Source: Phoronis australis
Lineage: Eukaryota > Animalia > Phoronida
NCBI GenBank assembly: GCA_002633005.1
Contig: NMRA01000074.1
Span: forward strand, 959,097 to 1,023,096
DNA: 64,000 bases
Direction of reading: 5' to 3'
The notes beneath the pieces are model-generated. The model was not told the DNA's origin. It worked only from the letters and a program-made list of their open reading frames with translations, and ran no database searches. The position numbers and the translations under genes were made by a program. This document shows positions 46,701-58,249 of this stretch, piece by piece. Within the stretch, counting starts at the first letter, position 1; every line of letters begins with the position of its first letter.

Positions 46701-48776
46701 GTTCCTATGAAGCTGACAACGGAGGATGATGAATTTCAGACCTCTCTGACTACCGGTGTGCCCCCTAGTGGGAATTTTTTTTTATGCTTACCTCTGTATC
46801 TTCAGATGTCCTCAACGGATTTTCATAAAATGTGAAAGTTAGACATCTATTAGTGAGATGATGCCATCCTCCCATTTTCGGACAGATGCGGGGTACTTTG
46901 CGCCACCTAGTGGCCATTTTAACTGTTTTCGAGTCTGTTTTTTGGTGTCCGCAGCTCTGTCAATCAAGCCGCTCTAGGTATGATTTAGAAAGTTGGCACA
47001 TATTTTCTTACTGTGAGGAGGGCAGCAGACAATAATTTTCCGGTGACTTGAAATACTATGGCGCCTCCTAGTGGCAGTTTTGTTTGTTTTTGCGCCCATG
47101 GCTGTATCTTCTAAATGCTCTACAGGATCTTTATTGAATTTTGCTGGTGTATTTATATGAAGTTGACTGCAGAGAATGACGATTTTCGGACGGATCGGGC
47201 TACCAGTGTGCCCCCTAGTGGCAATTTTAGTTTACGTTTACCTCTGTATCTTAAAGTATCTTCAATGGATTTTCATAAAATTTGGCAGTTAGGCATCTAT
47301 TAGTGAGATGACGCTATCATCCGGTTTTCGGTAAAATTCAAGGCATTTTGCGCCACCTTGTGGCCATTTTTACTGTTTTCGAGTCTTGTCATTTGACGTC
47401 TGCCTTTCTGTCAACCAAACCACTCTAAGGATGGTTGTGGAAATTGGTATTTATGTTCTTAATGGGAAGAGGAAGTCTGACGATGATTTTCCGACGACTT
47501 TATGTACTTTGGTGCCTCTTTGTGGCCGTTATGGTTTTTGTGCTTATAGCCTCTTTGTGGCAATTTCATTTTTTCATTTTCCTCTTTTCTCAGAAGTTCC
47601 TTGTCAGATTTTTATGAATTTTTTGTAAGTAGCTTTGATGACACATATAAGTTCTCAGATGGATTCGACATATTTTGTGCCATCCGGTTGCAAATTTTTA
47701 TGTTCTTAGTAAACACCCCTAAAAACACAACATTAGGGGTGCATTCGTGGGCGCATTGCAACGCTCCGCGTTGCTCTTGTTGAATGTTTTTAGTGGTCTA
47801 ACAGATTCAGGCCTGAATACTTGTTTATTTGTTTATTTTTCTAAAAATGAGTCCTAGCACAGGCTTCTCTGCTTCAAAATGACCATTGGTTCATATTTGT
47901 TGGCAGGGTGTGCCTTGCGAGATCCCACCCTCCTATCAGGCAGCCTTGGTGTCACGGGAGAAAGCCATTGAGAATTGGCAACAAGCAGTGAAGGAGGCGG
48001 GGCTTACCAAGCAACAGAGGAAGCAGTTTCAGAGTCTAGTGCAGACAAGGTTTCAGGTATGTGCAACAAGTGCGTTATTTTGGGTTTGGCTGGTCCAAAG
48101 TAAGGCTAATTTCCAACTTCAAACAAGGATAAATTGAGGTTATATTGAAAAATTTTATTGATGGTGTGTCACTGTTATCTTCAGTGTGGTAGGTAGCTTC
48201 AATGGTGTAAGTCATAAAACAGCATATTTATCGGGAATGAAACCTAATTATATCATTACAAACATTAGCGCCGCGTTACATTTAGTCCACAAAACATACT
48301 CTTTTCTGCATTGGAATGTTTTTTCTTGCTCTGGTGTGCTACCGTTATCTGCTTGATGACTTAGTGGTGTGCAATGGGCAGACAGGTTGAGCCTGTGGTT
48401 GGTCAGGGCACGAGTAGTGACATCTGTTTGGTGCCAGAAGTAACTCTGCAGTGTAAGAGTCAACCAGAGGACAGGAAGATGCATTGTTGGGCAATAGTCA
48501 CTTAAGGGTGTCTTGGGTTTTGGGAACCAGTTTGATGCACGTTATTCAGTGGACAAAACTGGTTCTCAAAATGCAGGACCCTCGTAAGTGACTATCCATG
48601 GCCTTGTACTAATGGCATATATCAAGTCTGGTGTGTCGACTTTATAAATGTTGCTGTGAGTCCTTGGTGTATCTGATTGTTGTTACTTGCAGGTGTGGTT
48701 AGCAGAGACAGGCAACAAGAAGCACCTGGATGCCTTGGTCACCTCTGCGGATAAACCCAAACCTGCAGACTCATAG
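31761..48776 (+). CDS. TBCCD1: TBCC domain-containing protein 1, 16 coding exons
   Basis: Exons: 31761-31865, 32175-32236, 32766-32828, 33054-33148, 33802-33910, 35810-35867, 36581-36656, 39270-39433, 39862-39982, 40566-40699, 41873-41952, 43205-43327, 44406-44581, 45117-45214, 47907-48056, 48693-48776 (TAG). The joined frame is open and colinear with TBCCD1 motifs (VLLWLRPE; WKHIACNKLQL; IKPLHELA; KIHRCHNSFLYLLSPMRYVSIEKCRN; FHLLTPRRPLILAGN; WQQAVKEAGLTKQQRKQFQ). AATAAA at 49058. Confidence 0.95.
33911..35809 (+). other. U12-type (minor spliceosome) GT-AG intron in TBCCD1
   Basis: The 5' site GTATCCTT is the U12 consensus. The 3' end AAACTTAAGCAGTACTTAG lacks a polypyrimidine tract and has a CTTAA branch-like motif close to the AG. 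Splicing restores AGDE-WPVRSKSPDL. Confidence 0.8.
34080..35755 (+). mobile_element. Helentron-associated non-autonomous element (HINE/DINE-1-like) with internal tandem repeats
   Basis: 5' inverted repeat ATGTGCCCACA...TGTGGATGCAT, ~130-150 bp internal repeats containing CC.CCTAGTGGC, 3' subterminal repeat plus hairpin, T-rich insertion site. Confidence 0.7.
35910..36535 (+). mobile_element. Older partial copy of the same HINE-like family
   Basis: Degenerate head and CCTAGTG repeat units homologous to 34080-35755. Confidence 0.55.
36915..37006. repeat. 23-bp minisatellite, 4 units (CATGTAGTGAAGACATACATGAA)
   Basis: Read directly from the sequence. Confidence 0.92.
37419..39075 (-). mobile_element. 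Non-autonomous Kolobok-type DNA transposon with THAP remnant, copy 2 (TBCCD1 intron)
   Basis: TTAA|AGGAGCATGCCA...TGGCATTCTCCT|TTAA. THAP-like ORF at 38671-38913(-): MLRCIVPTCPKY...SFFRL...RKWLAVVKN. Confidence 0.85.
41485..41695 (-). mobile_element. tRNA-derived SINE
   Basis: The minus strand reads GAGGAGGCAGTGTGGCCTGGTTG (A box)...GGTTCAAGTCC (B box)...CCCTTGAGCCAGGTTTCTAGCTCCTCAG; homolog at 53649. Confidence 0.75.
43339..43625. repeat. Degenerate ~22-bp tandem repeat (ACACCATGGTATTTGATGACA-like)
   Basis: About a dozen units, starting just after the donor of exon 43205-43327. Confidence 0.85.
45375..45645. repeat. 44-bp minisatellite, 6 units
   Basis: Unit TGTAATGCATGGTGATGCCTCATGAAGTCTTGCATCGTGGCCAG. 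It explains the repetitive minus-strand ORFs. Confidence 0.95.
46091..46257. mobile_element. MITE family A, full-length copy
   Basis: CAGCCTCCCGTTCAGTAACGCAAGGACCT...AGGTCCTTGCGTCTACTGAATGCAGGCCAG. Confidence 0.8.
46582..47780 (+). mobile_element. HINE/DINE-1-like Helentron-associated element, best-preserved copy
   Basis: 5' ATGCGCCCACAT...ATGTGGTCGCAT stem, CTGTCTGTCCG microsatellite, CCTAGTGGC tandem units, 3' subTIR GTGGGCGCAT followed by hairpin GCAACGC-TCC-GCGTTGC, T-rich flanks. Confidence 0.8.
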
Positions 48777-51212
48777 ACTTCCCTGTGCTCTTCATTTGTC
48801 TAAGAATACGTGTAATTATATTTGATGTAAAGGTTTGTTAGAACAAGCTCTGTTGTGGTCATAAAAATTAAGTGGTCTGTTGTACGTTTTTTATGAGTGT
48901 TTTAATTTATTTTAATGCCAGTTGTTATATTGATCTCATCAGTTGCTAACTTTACTGTGTGCTTGGTTCACTGCTGTTGATCCGTCCAGATCTGTTAGAG
49001 ATATTTTAGATTGTTCTTAAAGATGACCAAAATGTCAAAATGATCAGCTATTTAATTAATAAAATATTTTCTTATGATTTTTGTATTTTTATGGACACTG
49101 GTAAAGAAATAATTCACTGTCTGGTGTGGAGTGATGTTGGCTTTCATATTTTTCACCGCTGTTTGCTAGTGTGTGGGCTTATTTTTTGTGTAATACAAAG
49201 AATGTGTCACATTCTTTAATTATTAATGAATTGTAACAATTGTCACCTACATTCAACTTCGAGGCATTAACTTTCAGTGGGTATCTCAGTGTCCTGACTG
49301 GTGGGTCAGTCCAGTTATTCCTGATGTTTTGAATGCCAATCTGATCACTCACAGACGCCCCTTGTGACACCATGCTTTGTCATCACTGGAAATGTACACT
49401 ACCAAGATATCCTGTGGGGCAACCACAGCGTCTATGAATCAGTTTCGAGGCCTATAAGGATGGTTGCAAAGTTCAGTCTCATTTCAGCAAGCCAATATCA
49501 ATCATTAACATTGGCTTATTCAACCTGATAAGAATGTATTTTCAGAATCCTCAACGTAGAAAATTTGAACCCATGCTTAATTCAAGACCGTAAGGTGGCG
49601 TGTTGTAGGTCACGTGAGCTCCGATTTACGAAGTACGCTCTCAATTTTACTCTCGTACTTCTGCACTCGTAAAATACGAGACTAAGATTGAATGGTCCAC
49701 AATAGGATGCCATTTTTCTCGCCCAAGTTTTTTGAGAATAGTGCATTAAACATTTAATTTCTGAAAGTTTCATATAAATCCAATCGGCCATATGATGTTC
49801 CGAAGTTTAACAAATTCGGACATTTGTAGAGTCTTGTCATTCAATCATATTTTACGAGCATAAAATTACGAGCGTATGACTGGCCCTCAGATCTCTCGTG
49901 ACCAACAAACCAATTTCGCAGTCGGTATAACGATTACGGTCGTAAAACAAGAACCTCGCTGGCTCATGCACCACCAACCAACCCCTCTACTTATATTCGG
50001 CTGACGTTAAGCTGCTGGCTCGCAAATGCAACCTCGAGCAGACTGCATACCAGCTGGCTGAGTTCAATGATGGCAGCCGCCTGCTCGAAGCCGGTATTAT
50101 TTATGGCCATGCTGCGAAGAGTCACAAGAAGGGCCGTGCCCGAGTGCTGTCTAATCAAATGCTTACAGGCAACGTCAGCCCTGGAGTTCTGCGCCTTCTG
50201 CTGTCACGGGGATGGTCTGGGAGGGGATTAATGCACCAGCATATCCCCAATGATCCTGTCCGTGACAGGTATTATAGGTATTACAAGAACGAAGTTTCGT
50301 TCGTAATAACAAAACAGCGCAATAATGGGCGACAACCCCCCCCCNCCCCCCAGGAACGGTCCTCGGCCTTGGGGGTGAGAGAGCCATCCAGTACCCACAC
50401 TCGTTCACAAGTTGGCACTTGACATCAGACAAACTGTGCATGCTCTCGCATACTAATAAGCGACCTTATCTCTATTCGCTAGTGATCTTATCTTGGCGTA
50501 GATACTTATCTTCTTATCTGACACACTCATTGAACGTGTTGTATCTGTAACGTGTAATAAAACTTGTACTTAACGTCAGTGAATTTTTAAATTCCGTTCA
50601 GTAGAACAATGGGAAAAGATTAGAACTTCGTTTTATGCTACTTATGTTTTTCCAATCTTGCTTTACTTTGTAAAGTAAAAACTCCAAACGGATTATTCTG
50701 ATCCATATCTTCTTTGTTCCGGCCATGTGAATAACATCACGTGCTGTTCATTTAGGAACAAGGCAAAACTACGAGTGGAAAAACATTTAGATCGATACAC
50801 ATTAGCTCTTGTCCATGAACCACGTCATTTCTCCTATATTCAGCAATGCTGTCGCTGCTCGCTAGCATAAGTTTGTTGAATAATTTTATCTCCAACGTAC
50901 GTATTCCATAAATCCAGTTCAGTACTTTACAGTTCTTCCTGAGTGGGGTCCCAAATGCTGTAGTTTTTGTTATGAAAGGCGGACTTTTTGTCGTGTAACA
51001 ATTTGCGAAGTTTTCCCCACTGCAGTTCCGTATCAAAACTAAGAACATCCTTCTTTTTCTTCTTGAAGTCAAGTTAATTTTACATTTAGCCTGTGGAAGC
51101 CAAGAATTTAGGCGCCATACTCATAAGTTGTCACCTGAATGAAATTTCCAATGTTTTAAAGAATTTCCCACTCTTCCATTAGCTTACAAACATTAGTTCA
51201 AACATTAGTTAA

Positions 51213-52899
51213 AGGAGCATGCCACGCAAAAAACAACCTAATTTGTATCGAGTAGTTGTACTCGATGACGATAACGGCACGTACGGTTGCGTTACCTGAC
51301 ACCTGACGGCAGACGGAGGTGTTGAAATTATCCAATGACGTAATTGGTTTCACAAGCAGTCTGTTCAGCAGTTCACAACACGGGTTCCTGGTGTCAGCTT
51401 ATCGCTTGAATTCATCGTTTAACACCAATAAATCATCAAAATTTGATGTAAAACCCTTAAAAATACACCCAGTTCTTATTAAAACGAGTTGTTTTACGTC
51501 GCTGTTACGAATTTATTGGTATTTGGACACACCCGTAGCCTACAAACTTCGATTTGGCAGGCCAATAAGGTCCATAGCAGGAGTTTGAGGTGTGTTCGTA
51601 GATAAATACGACGTATTTTTCCGTAAGATACAAGAACCTATATCTGTGTTGTATAGACTTGTGATTTTTTAGAGTTCTAAACACACAAAACGCTTGTTAT
51701 CATCCTGGCCAATGGCTCGGAGCCCGATCAGGCCCGTCGCGGCCAGACTGACTCGTTATCCCGGCCAGCGGCTCGGAAACTGATCAGGCCCGTCGTGGCC
51801 GGACTGAAGACATCACGAACGTAAACCAGCCAAAGTTGAAAACTAAACTTCCATGCAGTCAAGAAAATACTATACTAGTATGCCAACTAGTAATGTGCAC
51901 GTGCCATATGTTGGTGAATTAGCCACTAAACTGCAAATCGATCTACTTTCTCGGCGTCGTTACGGTTGGCCGCGAATTCAGATTCCGCTTTGGCCACAGA
52001 ACCGTCGGGGCAGAAGCTGTACACTGACAATCATTATTTGAATAATTTGAATGTAAATAAAGATTCCCTAACACCTGCCCGTCCGTCATGGGATAGAAAA
52101 TCAAGTTGTTTCACAACACTGTTTCTGTCAGCAAACACTGAACTAGCATGCGCTCACACGGCCTCGATGTCCCGCAATTAGTTTTATGTCACCTAAAGCC
52201 GGTAACGTTGTTGGCTTCTCAAATCATTTGCACGCACGAGCACTCCAAAGGCAATACAAATTGCATCCAATGAGACAGACTTTGTTTCAGTTTTACATAC
52301 TTGGTTAGAGTGAGAATAATTCAGAAACAGAACGCTCAGTAATAGAACGTCAACATGGCAACTCGCAATCCCGACTTAGACGAGAGCTCATCCGGACGAA
52401 GACTTCGCAGGTGGATCGTTAAGTTTCACAGGCTATCAGTTCGAACCGGAATACAGTGAAATACTAGAGAGGCGCCGTGAAGCTCAGACAACGGAACGTA
52501 TGGATAGTTATTTGGTAAGCCGGCATTCTTCAGGCATTGTCGACGACTGCAGGCCGCAGACACGGAGAGTGTTTCACGGCCTCATATTTGCTATTTACAG
52601 CGTACTTTTCATTCTTCACTTCCGCGAGCCATTTCCTAAGCACTTCAAACTTTCGAGGAAGTCGAAAAAACGATATACCCGCTTTCCTCGCTGGTGCATA
52701 GTTCGGACAAGCGGGAACGATGCACTGCAACATAGCGGCATTGCTAATGAACCACTGACGTCGCTGCGTCGTTTCTCACCTTCCTCACAGGTTAACGCGA
52801 CACCTCTCGGCAAGGTAAGGTCGACCGTATGCGAGGCGATGTGGATATAGACCGATTAAGACGGCAAAAAGACTATAATTAAATCGGTGGCATTCTCCT
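51213..52899 (-). mobile_element. Non-autonomous Kolobok-type DNA transposon with THAP remnant, copy 3
   Basis: TTAA|AGGAGCATGCCA...TGGCATTCTCCT|TTAA. ORF at 52530-52733(-): MLQCIVPACPNY...ISFFRLP...RKWLAEVKN. Confidence 0.85.
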
Positions 52900-53648
52900 T
52901 TAAGGCAAGCACAATATAAATCACAGTGAATTTGTTCATTGTACTTAAGATAATCCATTGCTTATCTAAACAATTTATTCCACCTTAGTCGGATAACTGG
53001 TTTATTGCTCTTGTGGATTTGCGAGGTAGCCTAGTTTATAAATCAACTGACCACATCATGTGAACTCGCAGTGCCTGTAAGTTTTCCCGTTTTTTTAAAA
53101 GGATACTAAACCGTGTTGTGTGATTTCAATCAACCCTCCGATCTTACGCTTGCTAATGCATTATTGGAATCTCACTTGAATGATAAAATCAATTAATTCA
53201 ACTAAAAACTCGTACTCTCCGTGACACAGATTGGATATCATGGTTCTTGGTAGGTGGACTTTCCCTACTGTCCTACAGTTCAGTATCGTGTAATTCGCTA
53301 AAAGCGTAGGTCACGCTTGCCCGTTTAGCAGACTTTGAAAGGAGTTTTCAAATTTTGCTCCAAACTTTTGATGTTGTTGACGGTTACAGGGCATTATTTT
53401 GTTTTAGAGAACTAGGAGGGAAAGTAGTTTTTAATATTTGTTCATAGGTCAAAACCGGGTTTAGTATACTTTGAAAATTAGCTTGTCCTTATTTGACTAA
53501 GACAATTGTTCTAGTTTTATGATAAAAGGACACATATTCTTTTTTGTCGGCGTTGAGTTTTTAATGACGAGGAAACGTGACGAGAACTCCCCTTTAAGTC
53601 ACGGTCTAATACTGAAAAGTAATAAGTTGTTGCCTTCCGATAAGCTTA

Positions 53649-53920
53649 GAGGAAGCAATGTGGCGAAGTGGGGTAAATGTCCAATTCCTTTACCCATGGT
53701 CTTGGGTTCGAGTCTCACTGGGGCCACACTCGTAGACCCTTGAGTCAGGTCTCTAGCTCCTCAGTTCAGTTTTAATGATGGTTTCAGTTGATCGGTGTGA
53801 TGGGTCCACCTGAGCGGCGTGTACACTATGACAAGCTGGGTCAGTCATTAAAGATAAACTGGCACAGTTTGCGTAAATCACCTGGAGTGTCACTTACACC
53901 TCCGTTGGAGGCTGCACGTC
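53649..53920 (+). mobile_element. tRNA-derived SINE
   Basis: A box TGGCGAAGTGG, B box GGTTCGAGTCT, body shared with 41485-41695. 3' boundary approximate. Confidence 0.75.
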
Positions 53921-54556
53921 TTGTTACGAATTGTTAGCTTGACAAACTGGTTTCCCCGCTAACTTACGGTTATGCGATAGACTTTGCCACTAAAAGCCTC
54001 TGGTAAATTTCAAAGACTAGAGGCAACTCGAGCATAAGTCTCGCACTTGCACGGGACTTTTCCTATACATGTCTGCAAACCGTGTTGACATAGAGGCATA
54101 CCGACATACCTAAACGTCATAAACACATGTTGGCTACACCTTTTGTTCTGTAATACACACATGTAAAATGCACATGAGTGTGCGCGCACATGCACATACG
54201 CATTGCATGTAGACATACATGTATATGTGAGCGTAAAACCACAGAACTGGAGCAACAGGTTCGCAAGAATCTAACAAAAACGTGAGATTATTGATGATTT
54301 CGAGAGATATCGCCGTTCATTACACTTTTCTGGCAAGTGTCCGAAAAGTCTTGGAACCCAGCCCTTATTTCATAATCAAAACGCCACCTATCGAGTGACT
54401 GATGTTCTCGTAACGAGTTCTTAGAGGCGGCGCAAGTCAACACCTAACTTGAAGTGCGCGTTTTCAGCAATAAATACCTTGGTATAATCAGTCAAGGCAC
54501 ATGATGCAGTGAATCCCAAGTTGAGAAATAGCGTAAAACTGAGAGTGGGCGGCAAC

Positions 54557-57408
54557 ATGTGTTCTCAAACTGTGAGAAAAATGAAAAATGAACTAAAATC
54601 CATCGATTTCTGGAAAGCAGTTTTATCTGAGGTAGGTCTAGTAATTACTGTATGATACTAACGAGTGTGTGATTCAGTATGTCCATAGAGTTATATAACA
54701 ACTTAAAAAATGTCAAAGCTAACTTCAGAATATCACATCTGTTTGGATTCACCTGAAACTTTCAGATAGTATACTTTTCTCCAAAACAGTGTTAGGATTT
54801 ATTTTTGAAAGTTAAACTTTTACATGAGAAGCTATCAAAAACGGACTTTTATGACGGTGTAAAAAATGAAAGTTGCGTAAAAAGAGAACAAAATGATAAT
54901 TTGTGAAAGTGCTCTTCTGAGATTTCGTCCTTTAACATTCATATCAAAAGGAAATTTGTTCATGTTATTGATGCCGTTAGTTTGTAATTATTAATGCACC
55001 TTTCTTTTTGCTCTCTTTTACTAAAGGGAGGGTCCTATGACCCAATTAATGGCAGATGTTGGTAAACAGTCAAACGTTACAGGCATTCTACGTCCACAAA
55101 GTAAACACTTTACAGGCTTATGCGTTGTAGGTTTGCAGATATTTGGTTAAATTTGGAGATTTGTCGATAAGACCCTACATAACCTTAAAAGCTTTGTTTA
55201 TGACACCGATGACACTCGTCAATCTCCAGGTTTTCACCGTCTTGTGCCTTGCTCACAATAGTGTTGCCAAGACTATCTTCGACAGTGCCCGTGTTCAGGC
55301 TTTGTACTAACTCAGTGAGTTCAAAAGTTGCTTACCGTATGCAGGTGTAGGGACCCACGTTCTTATATCCGAAGTAATGCCATTTTCAAAAAATGTATAC
55401 TTCAGTACGGTTTCGCGTAGGCGCATGCGTCAAAGTTTAACTTGAATGTGTATGTGGATGCCGTTTGCACAGGCGCATACCTTGCCGTGGATGCAGGCTC
55501 ACGCATTAATTGTCCTCAGAGAAAGCGCGTAATCTTGCCCGTGGGCGTGGGAAATGTATGAGGCCTGGCCATGGTTTGAACTTAGATAAGATCTCGTTCG
55601 CTAAGTTTGTTATGTTTTCATACTCGTATCAACAAAACCAATTATACATTTTTACGGAACCAGACCTGAATAAAGTATCATGTTTGGAAAGCTTAAAAAT
55701 TAAAGAAACCGCTTTTGACTAAAGCTATTCAATTGACCTTCCTGAATTAAGCAATGAACTAGTCAAATTTTCACCTGAATAACAAGGTAAGTATTAAAAT
55801 TGAAGTTGCAAATTAAAATCATGGAGGGCAAGCAAGGCACCCCGAGCATACTCGTGAAACACTCGCCCATCACTTAAGTGATTTTGCGAGGTCTTGCGGG
55901 ATATTGGTTTTCACAAGAAACTTCTAAGTAGGTCTACGGAGACATTACACTAGTACCTCGGAACGAAACGTCTCTGATCTATAATCGCACTTGATTGGTA
56001 ATTAAAAACGAGGCTGAGTAATTTAGCAACGAAAGCTGGGCCTCCCAACAAGAGCACAGATTGGTCCTCTCATTGCTATCGTAATTTCCCACGTTTTGAA
56101 GTCTGCTCATCCTTCGGTAGACTACTGCGATGGTGCTGTAGTAACTGCCCAGCACTGATCCGTATATCCTACATAGCATGTGTTCCCCTGTTTTCGTATG
56201 ATAATATTACAATAGTACCAGGTAATATGAATTGTAATGTATGATAAGAAAAAATAAAAAATAACAAACAAACTATGCTTTATGTTACCTTTACATGTAC
56301 AGCGTTTTATACGAGACAGTAACGACAACCATCAGACTAGTTAACTCACGTGACTTGCCAAATAAGGAAGTCGATAAAATTCCTGGAGCTTGACTATATT
56401 CTTGCCGTAGACATCTAATACTCTATGATGTCTATGATTCTTGTCTGGCACAAAGCCGACTGCTATGGAAAGCCAGAGCGGAAAAATACAGGACACAAAT
56501 TTTCTTTTCAAGAATTAAAATTCCTGAATAGAAAATCTGTGTCCTGAAATAATTTCCTCTTTGGCTCTCCTTTTATGCCCGCTGGAGGCTGGAAAAGGGG
56601 ACGGATGGGGCTCACCGCCGGTTGTTCCAAACTTACGTCTGTTGTGTCATTCCCTGTCCTGCTTATGGACCAAACATAAAATCACGAGTATTGTAATTGG
56701 GTGATACATGTAAGTCTGTCGAGCTGGCAAAAGGGATTTAAGACAGGATTTGGTTTTACCTACACACTTTTCAACTGCTGAATAAAGTTTTAACCACATG
56801 AGCGCTAGGCAACTAGCAGTTGGACATATATTTTCAGAGGTTTTTACTTTTGCTCAAATGAGATTTATTTAATTATTTTTCTGAAATATTGGTATGGTGC
56901 GTAAAACCAAGTTTTTGTCTTCCCTTACCCGATGTTAGCAATCGGTGCCGGTCTCTCATAAAAAGCGGATATTTAGTTACCTACGATTGATGGCTCGGGC
57001 CCCGTCAGGTCACGGAGACTGTATGTCACTGTTTGATGATCTGAAATAGCTTCGTGAGAAGGAAATCACTTCCTATCAGGGAATAGAATGGTTTGAAAAC
57101 TGACTTGCGTAGTTGGCTAATCTGGTAATAACGTGATTTTACGAGAAAGAAAATGCTCTGCAAATGACGTTAGTATTTTAATACGGTTTTGCTTCAAATC
57201 TAAGCGAAACCAGAATTCTGGATAAATAACTAAGCTATTCGATTTAATATTCAATATCACCTTTCTTATGCTTGCACAGTTTGTAGGGACGTTCATCCTC
57301 ATGTCAGTTCAAGCAGCTCTGCCTCTCAACTGGCCTGGCAGTGGTAGCAGCCCCGTACGTATTGCGCTAGGAATGGGCTCCGTCGTGACCACTTTGATGG
57401 AGAGTTTG
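54557..57408 (+). CDS. Aquaporin (MIP family), first two coding exons (partial)
   Basis: Exon 54557-54631 encodes MCSQTVRKMKNELKSIDFWKAVLSE, then donor GTAGGT. Exon 57280-57408 (acceptor ttgcacag, donor GTATGG) encodes FVGTFILMSVQAALPLNWPGSGSSPVRIALGMGSVVTTLMESL. The joined FWKAVLSEFVGT matches the MIP TM1 motif (FWRAV.AEF.GT). NPA exons not found. Confidence 0.85.
56467..56570. repeat. ~104-bp imperfect palindrome (foldback MITE-like)
   Basis: GGAAAGCCAGAG...CAGGACACAAATTTTC.TTCAAGAATT-aa-AATTCCTGAA.AGAAAATCTGTGTCCTG...CTTTGGCTCTCC. Confidence 0.7.
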
Positions 57409-58172
57409 GTATGGGCGGCCGTTTATGCAAAAAACATTAAAATGTATATTCAATTCTATTTAATGAACTCAATGCCAACTGTATGNCGCTGCGAGGTGAG
57501 GAGTTTATTTGTTTACTTCTAACAATATCGGCAAAATATCACAATTACTGCACGTGTAGGTCTCCCTGAAAAAGTAGTTAATAAAATGTGCAACATATGT
57601 TCCTGCTGTGGTTACGTGGGTTTCAAATTATGAGCGTCAGTGCTTTTCAGTGGTACAACAAGTGCAAGAAAGTTCAACAGCCACTGGAGGATCAAGGAGG
57701 GAGAGTGACCTGGGGACGTGGCCGGAAGGAGATGGTTTGTGCACGAATGATTGGTAATCGGCGGTGGCTACGCATAAGAAAGCAGATATTTTGTTTCAAT
57801 AATTTTATGGAGTCCATGCGAAAGCGCATGATAGTCAACCAACGTTCTCACCACCTTTCCTTGAACTTCAATGTTATCTGATTAATATAACATTTATATA
57901 TTTTTAAAATCATTTAAACCTGCGTTTTGCGTTGTTTAGCTGACCAAATGACCAATGTACGCATTGTCTGTGACTTGAATTGGTAACCGAAATGGAGTCC
58001 AATAACGGAAGGAATGTTATGAAAGCCGCGTAACCTGACGTCCCAGTAAACATGAGAGTATTGGCCCAGTACTGGATTTCTGTTGCTTGATAACGCTTGT
58101 ACCGTATACCGGTTTACGGTTCTGGGCCACGAATGGCCCAGTACCGTCCCCACGACACTAACCCAGTGANTG

Positions 58173-58249
58173 CACGGCAATATCCCACGTAATCTCGCGA
58201 AGTCTTGCTTTTTAGCGAGGTCCTAGTAGCGTTACTGAACGGGAGGCTG
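58173..58249. mobile_element. MITE family A half copy, just after N58170
   Basis: Matches ~25494-25568. Confidence 0.75.

Noticed and set aside
50752-51072. 106-aa minus-strand ORF
   Set aside because: Non-ATG start, no recognisable domain and no splice support.
53649-53730. tRNA gene
   Set aside because: A and B boxes are present but there is no convincing cloverleaf, and it continues into a body shared with 41485-41695, so it is a SINE head.
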